Source of the DNA: Octopus bimaculoides
Lineage: Eukaryota
NCBI RefSeq assembly: GCF_001194135.2
Contig: NC_068994.1
Span: forward strand, 40,580,901-40,644,900
Direction of reading: 5' to 3'
Length of the DNA: 64,000 nt
Position 1 is the stretch's first letter. Each line of letters begins with the position of its first letter. Made by a program: the position numbers and the translations under genes. Below, piece by piece: positions 1-13,114 of this stretch. The notes under the pieces are model-generated. The model had not been told where the DNA came from, made no database searches, and saw only the letters and a list, made by a program, of their open reading frames with translations.

Positions 1-115
1 AAGGATGAAAGGCAAAGTTGACCTCGGCGGAAATTGAACTCAGAATGTAAAGACATGAAATACCACTGAGCATTTCACCTGGCATGCTAACATTTCTGCC
101 AGCTTACCGCCTTCC
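1..115 (-). mobile_element. SINE family A (tRNA-like head GCTGGCAGAA...GAGTTCAA), 5' part
   Basis: Homologous to 24663-24877 and 52288-52499. Confidence 0.8.
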
Positions 116-160
116 TGATATTAATAGAGTTTGTCCAGTTGGTTCACATATTCTGGTCAT

Positions 161-307
161 CAAATTACTAACCTAGTTGTTCCAGTTATCAATAAAGTTT
201 GCTCAGTTATCAATGCAGGTGGTCCACTTATTAATACAATTTGTCCAGTTATTAACACCATAAATCCAGGAACAAATACAGTTCTTCCAGTCCCTAATGT
301 ATTTATT
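161..307 (+). repeat. Degenerate 21-nt tandem repeat, seven units
   Basis: Units start at 161, 182, 203, 224, 245, 266, 287; consensus CCAGTTATYAAY-N9. Confidence 0.75.
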
Positions 308-2906
308 TCTTGATTTTTTTTCCATTCAGAAATCCCTTCTTTGAAGCAAACCATGAAGCTTTTATGTAGATTCCAAACTAAGGTTTTGTAGTTGAAACCT
401 TCATGGCTAATTTTCATAGAAAAATCATTGTTTGCACCATGTATAGTGAGACCTAGAATGAATATTTTCATATTTGTTCTTAATTTGTTTAGGTAGGTTC
501 TGACACAAAATATATTAGTTGCTGTAATATGTGTTAAAGGAGAAAAAATTCTCTCAGTGAGTTGAGTGTGTCAAACATACTAATATCACGAAATAAAGAA
601 TTTTTTTTTCCTTTGATATACATTACAGCAACTATCATATTTTGTATTTGAATCTGCCTGAATGTACAAAGAATATATATCCAAGTGTTCGTTTCATTGA
701 AAAAATATTAATTAAATCTGATTTTAAATTTATAAGAATGTTATTGTTTACTGCAACTCAACCTTGATCAAGCAAACCTATGATTAACTGCATTCTAGTC
801 ATGACCAAGTTTTCAAGTGTTGTTTACCCAGGATGACATTATTCAATGAATTCCATTTATTTTTTTGGTAGTGGGGGNNNNNNNNNNATTCATTTAATTA
901 AAAATTCTTCAAGCTGGTGCCCCAGCATGGCTGCAGTCAAATGACTGAAACAAGTAAAAGATAAAAGATAGCAAGTTGATTTCTGGGGCATTTAGCTGCT
1001 ATTCCTAGCAGATAAAGTGACCACATAGAAAGCTATTTCATTGATTCTGTATGAGAATGTAGATTACTGAATAATTTGTAGTATAGAGGATGAGCTGCTG
1101 AGGGGTGAGTTGTTTGTAATCTTACAACTTCCAGCCTTCAAATTTACCTTGTTTTTACTGGGTACCATGATGTGATTCACTGCTGTAAGCTTCTATAGCA
1201 CAGTGGGAAGTATATGAATTTTATTACTTAATCATTTCTTGATGATATTTCTGATGAATACACTACCAAAAGTATTTCAATTAATTTCCAGTATACTCTA
1301 AATGCAAGAGGGTTTTAGTTAATTATTTGTAACTTTATATATTAGTTGTTGTTGATGCTGAGTCCAAGGTTAGCTGTTATCAAGTATATTCCAACCATGA
1401 CTGCCTCATCTTTTTTTTTTGTATACCAGGAAATGTAAAGTATATTACACAATATTTACTTTCTTATTAGGCTTGGAAGAAGGCCTGCAATGACCATGGA
1501 CACAGTCCCTTGCTTTAGAGTCAAGACCAAATCAAAAAGAAAAGAAAAAGGAATAAAAAGGACATTAGGCGTGATTTGAGAAAGATTTGGCTGCTACTTC
1601 CTACAGTGACAGTGACTGCATAGACACTCTGCCATTGGTTCATTTGTAGTTTTATACATTATGCTGGTGTTGTACGTGAAATATCATGATATCATTCATG
1701 TTATGAGATTTTGATCAAGACTTTTTTTTATTTAAATAGGTTGCTATGAAATGGGTTAAAATGATGACTTTCATTCTTCCAAGATGAAAAGCTACTTGCA
1801 ATAAAAGCAATGTCATGTTCAGTTTAAGAATTATCTGTCGTCTGTTTATAACACGGAACTTGGATATAAATACCAGCGCTACGGATTCTTAGGGTTACAG
1901 AGAAGAGATAGTTTACATTAGTTGAATAGCATTTTAAGCATTGTTCAAGATTTCTCTGTAAGAGATATAAGAAAAATTTGTGCAATGTAAGTCTATCAAT
2001 TCTTATTTAAAAAAAAAAAAAAATGATAAAGAAAAATAATTAAAAGGTAAACAAGTATAAAAAGATCGGTAGTTGTGAAATTGCCGTAAGCCTTTGAGAA
2101 CTAACTTCTTGTCATGTGTTGTAGGTTCCTTTGAACACAGGGCAAATAAAATTTTTCTCACAATTTTCCTAGTTTTCTTTATTGTGAACAAAAAATAAAG
2201 CCTTCAGTCTCTTCTTTAAACTGTTTGATACTTTTATTTTGGATGATTTCCAACAAATAAAATAAAGTGTACACACACACACACGCACGCACACACACAC
2301 ACGCATGCACATGCACACACACAGAGGTAAAGACTATCACTGAAATGCAAAAGAATCTAAAAGAAAAATCACTTATACCATTCTTTGAAATTGTGGTTTT
2401 GGAGGCTCACCACAGCAGTGGAGGCTCTATCTGGATTATAATTAATTACATTTACCTGTTCATGACAAGATTTCTAATGAAATCCACGGTCTATAAGCTT
2501 CAACTCATGTTGAAAGTAATTAAGTATTTCGTGGGCTTCAGCAAAATTTCTAAACTTTTCATTATCAAGCTGGCATTTGAAATTATAACAGAAGTATCCC
2601 TATAAAATTTTGATCAAAGTTTCTAATTTAAACATGATCTTATTTAAAAAAAAAAAAAAAGAAATCTTTTGCATCATAAAGATATCTGGTGTGAAATAGG
2701 GTTGGTATCAAACAACACAAGTGAAGAATAGTTCATTCGAGAAAGCTTTCTACCATCATATTTCTATCTTTGTCTCATTTATACTTAGCTTGACAGAAAA
2801 TGTTAAATAAAGTTTGTCTCTATATTTGTAAGATCTAATGATAGCTTGACCATATACATTGAACATCCCAGATAAACAATAGATAGAGTAATCAGCTTTG
2901 AAGAAG

Positions 2907-2960
<54 letters not shown>

Positions 2961-3180
2961 CACACACACACACACACGTATATATCAGGGTACATGAATC
3001 CATTGTCTCGATAAGAAACAGAGACCCTTAATTCAAATCTAGTCTGTTACAATATATTCCATCCAGAAATATGACACTGGATGATTGCTGATCAAATAAA
3101 AACATCTTGTTTAAGTATCAGACAAATTTTCATCTCTAACTAAACATCTCATCTCAAACACTTAGACTTTTAATGTGTGT

Positions 3181-3232
<52 letters not shown>

Positions 3233-3250
3233 GTGTGTTTATGTATATAG

Positions 3251-3681
3251 TCTTTTACTCTGTTACTTGTTACAGTCATTTGACTGTGGCCGTGCTGGTG
3301 CACTGCTTTAGTCAAACAAATTGACCCCAGGACTTATTCTTTGTAAGCTCTATACATATTCTACAATCACTTTTGCTGAACCACTAAGCTATGGGGACAT
3401 AAATACACCGATATCGGTTGTCAGGCAATGGTGGGGGACAAACACAGACGCTCAGGTACATATATACACGCACACACACATATACACGCACACACACACA
3501 CACACACACATACACATACAACAGGCTTCTTTCAGTTTCTCTCTACCAAATCCACTAACAAGGCTTTGGCTGACCTGAGGCTATAGTAGAAGACACTTGC
3601 CCAAGGTGCTATGCAGTGGGACTGAATCCGGAACCATGTGGTTGGAAAGCAAGCTTCTTACCACACAGCCACTCCTGCACC
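3251..3681 (-). mobile_element. SINE family B, full length (tRNA-like head, CORE-like CCTTGGGCAAGTG, central (CA)n, tail GACTGAAACAAGTAAAAGA)
   Basis: More than ten homologous copies in the window; A-box-like TGGCTGTGTGG at the 5' end on the minus strand. Named-family assignment needs a Repbase/Dfam search. Confidence 0.85.
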
Positions 3682-3940
3682 TATATAATAAANNNNNNNN
3701 NNNNNNNNNNNNNNNNNNNNNNNNNNNNNNNNNNNNNNNNNNNNNNNNNNNNNNNNNNNNNNNNNNNNNNNNNNNNNNNNNNNNNNNNNNNNNNNNNNNN
3801 NNNNNNNNNNNNNNNNNNNNNNNNNNNNNNNNNNNNNNNNNNNNNNNNNNNNNNNNNNNNNNNNNNNNNNNNNNNNNNNNNNNNNNNNNNNNNNNNNNNN
3901 NNNNNNNNNNNNNNNNNNNNNNNNNNNNNNNNNNNNNNNN

Positions 3941-3974
<34 letters not shown>

Positions 3975-3982
3975 ATGAGCTT

Positions 3983-4128
3983 TCATACAGTTTCTGTCTA
4001 CTGAATTCACCCACAAGGCATTGGTTGGCTTAAGTCTGTAGCAGAAGACACTTGCACAAGGTGCCACGCAGTGGGACTGAACCTGGAACTGTGTGGTTGG
4101 GAAGCAAGCTTGTTACCACACAGCCACT
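3983..4128 (-). mobile_element. SINE family B, 5' half
   Basis: GAAGACACTTGCACAAGGTGCCACGCAGTGGGACTGAACC...CCACACAGCCAC matches the 3251 copy. Confidence 0.8.
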
Positions 4129-4879
4129 AAGAATATATATACATATGTATATATATTATAGGTATTAATATATGTGTTTATATACATATGCACATACACA
4201 CACACATACATACATATATATATGCATATATAGAGAGAGAGACTGAAAGAGAAAGAGAGAGGGAGAGAGACATGTGTACATACATACATACATACATGCA
4301 TATATGCCTGCGTACATTTGTGTGTGTGTGTGTTTGAGAGAGAGAGGGAGAGAGAGAGGGAGAGAGAGAGAGAGGGAGAGAGAGAAAGAGATAGGGTGCG
4401 TTTGTCTGTATTTATTACAAATCAATTAAAAACCCAATACATTGAATTAGTTAGAGTAAAGCATCTAAAACCAATTCTCAGCCTTTTAACACCACATAGA
4501 TGCCACCAATCAGCTACAGAAACAATACTTTTGTCCACACACTTAACAAGACACTAACAAAGAGAGAACGTTCATGTCACTTTAGTGATAGGTGTGGTAG
4601 CCTAATCAACTTCTACAAATTATTGATCTCAGATGTTCCAGTTGTAAAGGGTTTGGAAAAGAGAAAGAAAATAATATGAAAGGATTGTTCATTTTCTTGT
4701 GGTAGCACTTTAAATCTATGAAATGCTCTTTTTCAAGTAGACCTTTTGTTCAGTGCTCATAAAACAAGACATCCTATATTCCCTGTCAGTTATATTTATG
4801 GATGACTACCCTTTAAAACAAACATTTTATTGATAATTGAACCCTATTGTAACCTTACCAACAACAAAGAAATCACCAA

Positions 4880-4905
4880 TAGTGAAAGCATTATCATCAT
4901 CATCA

Positions 4906-4938
<33 letters not shown>

Positions 4939-5087
4939 TTATTGTTGTTGTTGTCAATGTCCCCATCACCCTCATCACCAAAATCATCACCATTATCGTC
5001 ATTATCATTATCAACATATCATCATCTCCCTTGTTTCTATCATCATCATCATTGTCATCATCGTCGTCGTCGTCGTCGTCGTCGTCG

Positions 5088-5124
<37 letters not shown>

Positions 5125-5312
5125 TATCCTTCTCATAATTCATATGTCATGACATGTTCTGCAATTGTCATTGCTGATAGCTCATCATCATCATCATCAT
5201 CCTTCTGATCACAATGACCAAAAGCATCATCCACAACAAGACCACCACCACCACCACCATCATTATCACTGTCCCCCTAACTCTCCTGATCATCATCACC
5301 ATCACCATCATC

Positions 5313-5374
<62 letters not shown>

Positions 5375-5380
5375 CAGAAA
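4880..5380. repeat. Compound trinucleotide microsatellite (ATC)n/(GTC)n/(ACC)n
   Basis: Direct inspection; source of the poly-H/S/D/I/M ORFs. Confidence 0.95.
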
Positions 5381-5534
5381 CCTTGTCAATGATGGCTGTC
5401 GTGCACTCATTGTCTTAGCAAATACTTTCACTAGTTAAACTAATGTACACACACGCGCGCGCGCGCGCACACACACACACACACACACGCACACACACAC
5501 ACACACACACACTAACCTAACCTAACATGAACAA

Positions 5535-5572
<38 letters not shown>

Positions 5573-5582
5573 NNNNNNNNNN

Positions 5583-5635
<53 letters not shown>

Positions 5636-6954
5636 TTTCACTTTATCTCTCTGTGATCCATTATATATATCCTCTCGCTCAGTTGTTACAGTGAATATAC
5701 TTTATAAACAGATAACAGTTGCTATGGTATCAACATAAAAGCTACAAAAGAGCTGCCAACTGATATAAGCTGCTCCAATGGTTACATCAAAGTTTCTGAT
5801 CTGTCATATAAATCATATCATAACTATCGTAATCAGAGCATGGCTGATATCATAGCCTGTGTATAAGTATATTAACCCCGCTACACACTTAGCTATATCT
5901 TCTTCATACAGAAGGTTCCCCTGAGAAATTTTAATTAACCATATCAATGAATGTTTCTCAGTTGAAGTTTCTTATTCTTTCAAGTCTTCAAAGATCTGAT
6001 GAGTCTGAGTATGGCTATACTTTTCTGAAGAATACGTACACAGATATTGATATATATATGCATATATCTGCACGTATGTGTATGTATGTATATGTATATG
6101 CATACACACGCACACACACTCACTCACACATACACATACGTACATGTGTCAATATATATATGCATATATGTGTGTATACAAATGCAAATGCTAATGTTAT
6201 ATATACATATATATGAAGTAGTATATACATACATACACACACACATACATATACATATTATATATATGCATATTATTATACATATATATATATATATATA
6301 TATAATTTATATCTTTCTATCTATATAAATGAAATGAAAAATGAACAAAGAGAAATAATGGAGTGGACACTGGTATATATTTGAACAACAAAGACAAATA
6401 AACCCATTTCAAACACTGCATAGGATAGATTCTTGTTTTATTTAAATTATCTCTGCTTGCAGAGAAGACACTATGCTCACTTAGTGGCAGCTGGGACCAA
6501 CTGCAAAGCAAAGGGAAGATAAGCTCCAGAACTGAGACTCCTCCAAAACTGAATCACCATTAAGTGTATGATATTCTGTTAATCTGAAGACAGGAGGAGT
6601 GCTGTATACATGTGTTTCTTCATCAATGAGCATCATCAGCACAATTGTTGCCCTAGTTTATCTCTGGTCATCACTGTCATTCAATGTCTGTCTTACATGC
6701 TGTCATGGGTTGGACAGTTTGACAGGAGCTGGTAAACCAGAGAACTGCATCAAGCTCCACTGTCTGTTTTGGCATGGTTTTTCTAGCTGGATGCCCACCG
6801 GTAGATCAAGATATTAGACATATACAAAAACAAGTGGAACACATTTATGGCGGGAAGTAATTTGTATAGATGACCTAAAAGAAATAATTAGAGTTTCCAA
6901 TGGTATGTACAGGAATAGCAATAATGAAGAAATGCTTATCATAAAGGATTCAAA

Positions 6955-7140
6955 TTATGGCATAAAGCCATCATTTTCAGCAGTGGGGGAAGTCGATCAG
7001 ATTGACCCCAGTGTTCCACTGGTATTTATTTTATCAGCCCCATAAGGACAAAAAGCAAAGTTGACCTCTACAGAATTTGAGCTCAGAACACAAAGACTGA
7101 TGAATTGCTGTTAAGGATTCTGGTAGCTCACCACCTTGAA
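6955..7140 (-). mobile_element. SINE family A
   Basis: TTGACCCCAGTG...CTGGTATTTATTTTATC...GCAAAGTTGACCTC...GAATTTGAGCTCAGAAC. Confidence 0.75.
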
Positions 7141-7529
7141 AAAGTGGCCAATAAATCTCCATAGTGAATCAAGCACTGTACCACTCAAATCCCAGCTGAG
7201 TGCTCTGAACCATGATGTTAAGATAACTCTGCATATCAAATACTATACAAAAGATCTATTACCCTTTTGACCCTTTACCTGTTTCAGTCACTGGACTGTG
7301 GCCATGCTGGGCTCCACCTTGAAGGGTTTAGTCAAAAAGTAACCCCAGTACTAATTTTTTAAGTCAGGTACTTATTGTAGTGGCCTCTTTTACTGGACTG
7401 TGAAAGAGACCAAATGGGAAATACAAACAAACTAACACTACTTGTCAAGTGACAGTGGGGGAAAACACAAAGTCATACATATGCACACGTATATAAACTG
7501 ACATTTCATTGGTTTAGATGATAAGGGTT

Positions 7530-7755
7530 CCAGTTGACCTGGTCAAGAGAACAGCCTGTTGGTGAAATTAATGTGCAAGTGGCTGAGCACTCCACAGACA
7601 TGTGTGCCCTTAATGTAGTTCTCAGGGAGATTCAACATGACATAGAATGCGACAAGATTGGCCTTTCAAAATACCAGCACAGCCCATTTTTGCCAATGAG
7701 TGAAGTGGGGTAACGTGAAGTAAAGTATCTTATTCAAGGACACAATGTACTGCTC
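7530..7755 (-). mobile_element. SINE with CORE-like TGTGTCCTTGAATAAGATACTTT segment; related fragments near 12205-12390, 34100-34260, 59290-59420
   Basis: Shared AGCTGAGT...AAGTA..TTG..CAAGGACACAA motif across copies. Confidence 0.55.
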
Positions 7756-8517
7756 ATAATAAGATGATCCTCACTCATTCCTGACACTGAGGTTTTTCTG
7801 AAGCTAGGATCACATCAATCCAAGCCATGCTTATTAGGAAGCAACTATGGTGGGCTGGCCATCTCATCCATATAGATTATGAGTGAATCTCCAAGCAAAT
7901 GTTTTAATGTGTTATGGTGAGCACGTGCAGAGAAAGAGAAAAGTTGTAAGTTGAAAAGTGATAGAAAGTCCCTTTAAAATTAAATTTGAAATGTTTTGAA
8001 TTATGTTTCAAAAGTCTCAAATCACTTTCAGTAGTTAGAAAAGTGTGGAGAGCTATGGTCTGGAGCAGTGTTAAAGATTCTGAGCACGACAGAATTAAGT
8101 ACACTCCAATGAAAAGTCCACAAAAATGTGATTAATAACATTTCGAATGTTTCTCATTCTTTCTTTAAATGTTCCTCATGCACAAAAGTATGCATGTCTC
8201 ATGCTGATATGAGTACATTCCAGTGTGTCCACGCAAGTAAGGCACACATGAACTATTGGAATTTTATTCCAGATAGCCAATTCCAGTACTACTTTTGGCA
8301 AAAACTTACAAGTCATGTGGAAGATTGAAGCAGCACTTAGACATAATAAACAAGCAGAAAATGGAGCCAATTCTGAAATGAAACACTGCTGCAAGTATTT
8401 GTAATCAGCTCTTCAAACTGTTTTCAAGACTCAAAAATCATTTAAGATTTCACACCAGGAATGAGAAACATATTTACACACAAACTGAAGCTCAATTAAA
8501 CAGACATATATATATAT

Positions 8518-8825
8518 CATCATCGTCGTTTAACGTCCGCTTTCCATGCTAGCATGGGTTGGACGATTTGACTGAGGACTGGTGAAACCGGATGGCAACA
8601 CCAGGCTCCAATCTAATTTGGCAGAGTTTCTACAGCTGGATGCCCTTCCTAACGCCAACCACTCAGAGAGTGTAGTGGGTGCTTTTACGTGTCACCCGCA
8701 CGAAAACGGCCACGCTCGAAAATGGTGTCTTTTATGTGCCACCCGCACAAGCCAGTCCAGGGGCACTGGCAACGATCTCACTCGAAAATCCTACGGGAGC
8801 CAGTCAGGCGGTACTGGCAACGGCC
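8518..8825 (-). mobile_element. 3'UTR fragment of the same RTE family
   Basis: Near-identical, in reverse complement, to 47735-47950; (CAT)n tail at 8518. Confidence 0.9.
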
Positions 8826-8826
8826 A

Positions 8827-8864
<38 letters not shown>

Positions 8865-9539
8865 TTAATATATATATATATGTGTGTGTGTCTATGTATG
8901 TATATATATATATTTAAAGAGAGTAAGACAGAGCCAGAGAAACAGAGGGAGAAAGATAGACAGAAAGACAGATAACCCGACAATTTATATATGGAGGTGA
9001 TACAAGTGACTTGTTATTTCTATTGTCGGATATTATATTTGAGACTTGATATATTAAAAGACGATGATTCAACTTGTTAAGATATATGGATATGCATAAC
9101 AGAGCTTAGCTATTTTTAATGTGTTTTTCATTTTTCTCACTTTCTGTTTAATGTTCTAATTTGGAAGATTTAAAAATACTTACAGGAAAGTAGGCAAGAC
9201 ATAAAAGGCTATATTTGCTAAACTATACATCAATAGCTGCATATAGACACACACAACAAACATTGAGCTACATAGATTCAAGACCTCATATAGAATCAAA
9301 TATAGTTGTACATGGTTATAAGAGCTCATAACATATACTAATGTGGACAACTAGAATAGAACTTTAGATAGCTAAGTAGCACTACGTACTAATACAAACA
9401 TATTTACACACAAATTGAAGCTCAATTAAACAGACATATATGCAGACTTTTATGATCATTCAGAAATGTTCATATGCACATAGCTCTTGTGTATCTGTAT
9501 ATGTGTGTGTGCGTATGTGTCAATGTTTAAAGATATTTA

Positions 9540-9575
<36 letters not shown>

Positions 9576-9824
9576 TATACTCAAGCAATGTACTTCTGTG
9601 TAGTTTCAGTCTACTAAATCCACTTACTATTGTAACTATAGTAGCTACTTTAAGGATATAGTAGAAGATCTTTGCTTAAGGTACCATGCAACAGTACTAA
9701 GCTCACACTATAACCATATGTTCGCAAAGTGAACTTCTTCATCACACTGCTATGCTGGTTTCTCTCTGTATATGTGTGTATATCTCTGTCTGTCTGTCTC
9801 TTTCTCTCTCTCCCCCTCTCTCTT

Positions 9825-9858
<34 letters not shown>

Positions 9859-9859
9859 C

Positions 9860-10330
9860 ATATATATTTTCAAAATACATCTCCAAATGTAACCATATGT
9901 GAATCATTGCCAATTTTTTCCCTCCATCTTCCTTTTCTATTGGGCTTTCCTCTGTCTCCTGTTTCTGACGAAGATCTTTGCTCAAAATGTAAAACCACCT
10001 TTATTTCCTTCTCCGAGCTAATACTTTACATGTACCACATACTTGCGTTGTTGTGTATTTTTTGTGTTTGTTCTTTGCCTTTTGGGGGATTTATATATAT
10101 ATATATTTTCTTTTAAAATACATCTTCAAAATGTAACCACATGTGAATCGCTGGCAATTTTTTCACTCCATCTTCCTTTCCTATTGGACTTTCTTCTGTC
10201 ACCTGTTTCTGAAGAAGAGCTTTGCTCAAAACATAAAACCACCTTTATTTCCTTCTCTGAGCATCTGCTAATACTTTACATGTACTACGTATTCGCGCTG
10301 TTGTGTTTCTTTGTGCTTGTTCTTCGTTTT
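9860..10330 (+). mobile_element. Tandem pair of ~244-bp units, each with a degenerate hammerhead core; Penelope-like terminal repeat / retrozyme relic
   Basis: Units start at 9872 and 10115 (AAAATACATCT..) and are roughly 85% identical by eye. Cores: GTTT CTGACGA A GAT CTTTG CTC AAAA T GTA AAAC (9961-9995) and GTTT CTGAAGA A GAG CTTTG CTC AAAA C ATA AAAC (10205-10239). Flanked and separated by (AT)n. Confidence 0.65.
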
Positions 10331-10486
10331 ATATATATATATATATATATATGTATTGTGACAGAGGCAGTATTAATACTTAAAGATAACATTTATCCCT
10401 ACCTAAACTATGAGAAATTATTGCCCTGTTTTACGAGTTTTTGCTTTACAAGTGGTCTGTGGGAGTAAATTAACTTGTATATTGTG

Positions 10487-10548
<62 letters not shown>

Positions 10549-11534
10549 CTGTCTGTGTCTGTCTGTATATATGTATATGTGTATATAATCTATATGCTTA
10601 TCTAAACAGACTGTAAATAGGCATGATTTTTATACTTAATTGCAGGTACATGAAGAGAGAACAAAGATTAACTAGTGTATATATCTTCATATATATGCCC
10701 TTCTATATATGCTTATGCATTGAAAAACACCCACAAAGTTTCACACACAAATACACACACACACACATACACAGAGTTATAATAGCATGCATGTATATAC
10801 ATGTACAAATGAGTAGACATTAATGGATCATTAGAAAGAAAACAATTTGGAAAGGCACACACACACATACACACATATATATATTTATATTAATGTCAGT
10901 AAAAATGAAGACTAGGATAAGATTGGTAAACTGGTTGTTACTTTAGCCAGTTGAAACTCAAGTACTGCTACCAGTTAAACTTATACAATTAAATACAAAA
11001 ACAAACTCTCAGAATGTAGAGGCTATCCATGACGATAGAGAATGGTGTTATAAGATGAATAATTGACAAGAAAGAAGAAAGAAAACTCAAAGAAGTAATT
11101 GTCAAAAATATACGTGACTTTGGAGCTGGAAATTCACAAAGTAGCATATTCAGCAGAAATTTAGTTCAATATGCGTGCCTTAACTGTCATAAGGAGTTCA
11201 ACTTGAAACACAAATTCTCTGACTTTGGTCGGCACTACAAAATTTCAGTGTTGTATATGTAGTCTAAGAGTCATCATATTACAGTAGCATGGTATGTCTA
11301 GGATGTTCTGGGTGGCTGGTGGAAGTAAAAATTATTGTTTTTACCAGAAGAATTTAATCATCTCTAGTAAAGTGGGATTAAATTGCTACATTTAAATATA
11401 TACAAGCACGTATGCACACACTCATTTAGATGCACTCACAGATTCTTGAAATTGTTCAATATGTTGTTGTGATAGTTTATTTGTGTGTATGTATATATGT
11501 ATAGTGTGCCCACAACATATGTCTCTGTCTATTC

Positions 11535-11574
<40 letters not shown>

Positions 11575-11841
11575 GTCTATCTATCTATCTAACTTTCTGT
11601 CTGTCTTTCTTTCTTTCTTTCTGTCTTTCTCTCTGTCTGCCTGTCTGTCTATCTATTTATCTATCTATATTTAATTTACTATATATCTATATATACTGGC
11701 ATATAGATATGCACAGATACACAGATATATGCTGTTTACATATGACTATGAGTATAAACTGTATACATATACACAAGCATAAGTAAAAAAATATATATAT
11801 ATATATATTTTTATGTGTGTTGTATGTGTGTGGTGTGTGTG

Positions 11842-11910
<69 letters not shown>

Positions 11911-13083
11911 ATGCATACGAGTGTTTGACTCTACATATGAAGGTAAAAACTAATCATTGCATATGGTAGAGAATTTATATGAATTTTTTTTTAAGGGTTC
12001 CATTTCTGGCTACTTTGAGTTTTACTTCTCTTTTTTTTCTTCTTTTTGAACATTTATGCATGTATGGTAATAACTATCTCTATGGGTATATGTATATGTA
12101 CATCATGTGGTCATGTGATTGCCCACACTATCAGATGTTGTTACACATTGCAGGTCACAATGTCTTTGCACCATTTTAGCTTGTGGATAGTGCCATGTTC
12201 CTGTCTAGGAGAGCAGGTCACCAATCCCTTTCATCGGAAGACTACTCTGTCACAGAGTTACCCATTTGTAGCTGAGTAGACTCGAGTAACATGAAATGAA
12301 GTATTTTGCTGAAGGACACAACATAAAGCTCAGTGTCTGCGAATTGAACCCATGATCTAGGGATTATGGGTACGACTCTAACCACTCCACCATCAACCTT
12401 CATATGTGTACAAATATACATGTGTGTGTGTATATATATATATATATATGCATTTCTGGGTACAAGACGTCACCAACAGCAAACAACATGAAATATGAAA
12501 ACAAATGAGTTGAATATGCAGACGAGAGAAAAAATGGAAAACAGGACAAGTAATACAAAGAACGACTCTTCATCAGTTGTCGGCTGTCTATCTATTCCAC
12601 ATTTTGAGCAATATATAAATATATATATACTATGTATGTACGTACATATGCATAAATGTCATGATTNNNNNNNNNNNNNNNNNNNNNNNNNNNNNNNNNN
12701 NNNNNNNNNNNNNNNNNNNNNNNNNNNNNNNNNNNNNNNNNNNNNNNNNNNNNNNNNNNNNNNNNNNNNNNNNNNNNNNNNNNNNNNNNNNNNNNNNNNN
12801 NNNNNNNNNNNNNNNNNNNNNNNNNNNNNNNNNNNNNNNNNNNNNNNNNNNNNNNNNNNNNNNNNNNNNNNNNNNNNNNNNNNNNNNNNNNNNNNNNNNN
12901 NNNNNNNNNNNNNNNNNNNNNNNNNNNNNNNNNNNNNNNNNNNNNNNNNNNNNNNNNNNNNNNNNNNNNNNNNNNNNNNNNNNNNNNNNNNNNNNNNNNN
13001 NNNNNNNNNNNNNNNNNNNNNTATATAGAGAGAGAGAGAGAGAGAGATAGATACAGGCATATATACATACAAACATACATACA

Positions 13084-13114
<31 letters not shown>

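Noticed and set aside
4830-5438. Poly-His/Ser/Asp/Ile/Met ORFs
   Set aside because: Six-frame translations of trinucleotide microsatellite; no splice or complexity support.
8582-8917. Recurrent ORF MKPDGNTRLQS... (also 42926-43261 and 47300-47875)
   Set aside because: Antisense translation of the RTE 3'UTR, repeated only because the element is repeated.
12445-12620. Minus-strand CTGATGAAGAG (12576-12566) with CTCAAAATGT upstream; possible permuted hammerhead
   Set aside because: Could not build stems I and III; only worth revisiting with a family consensus.
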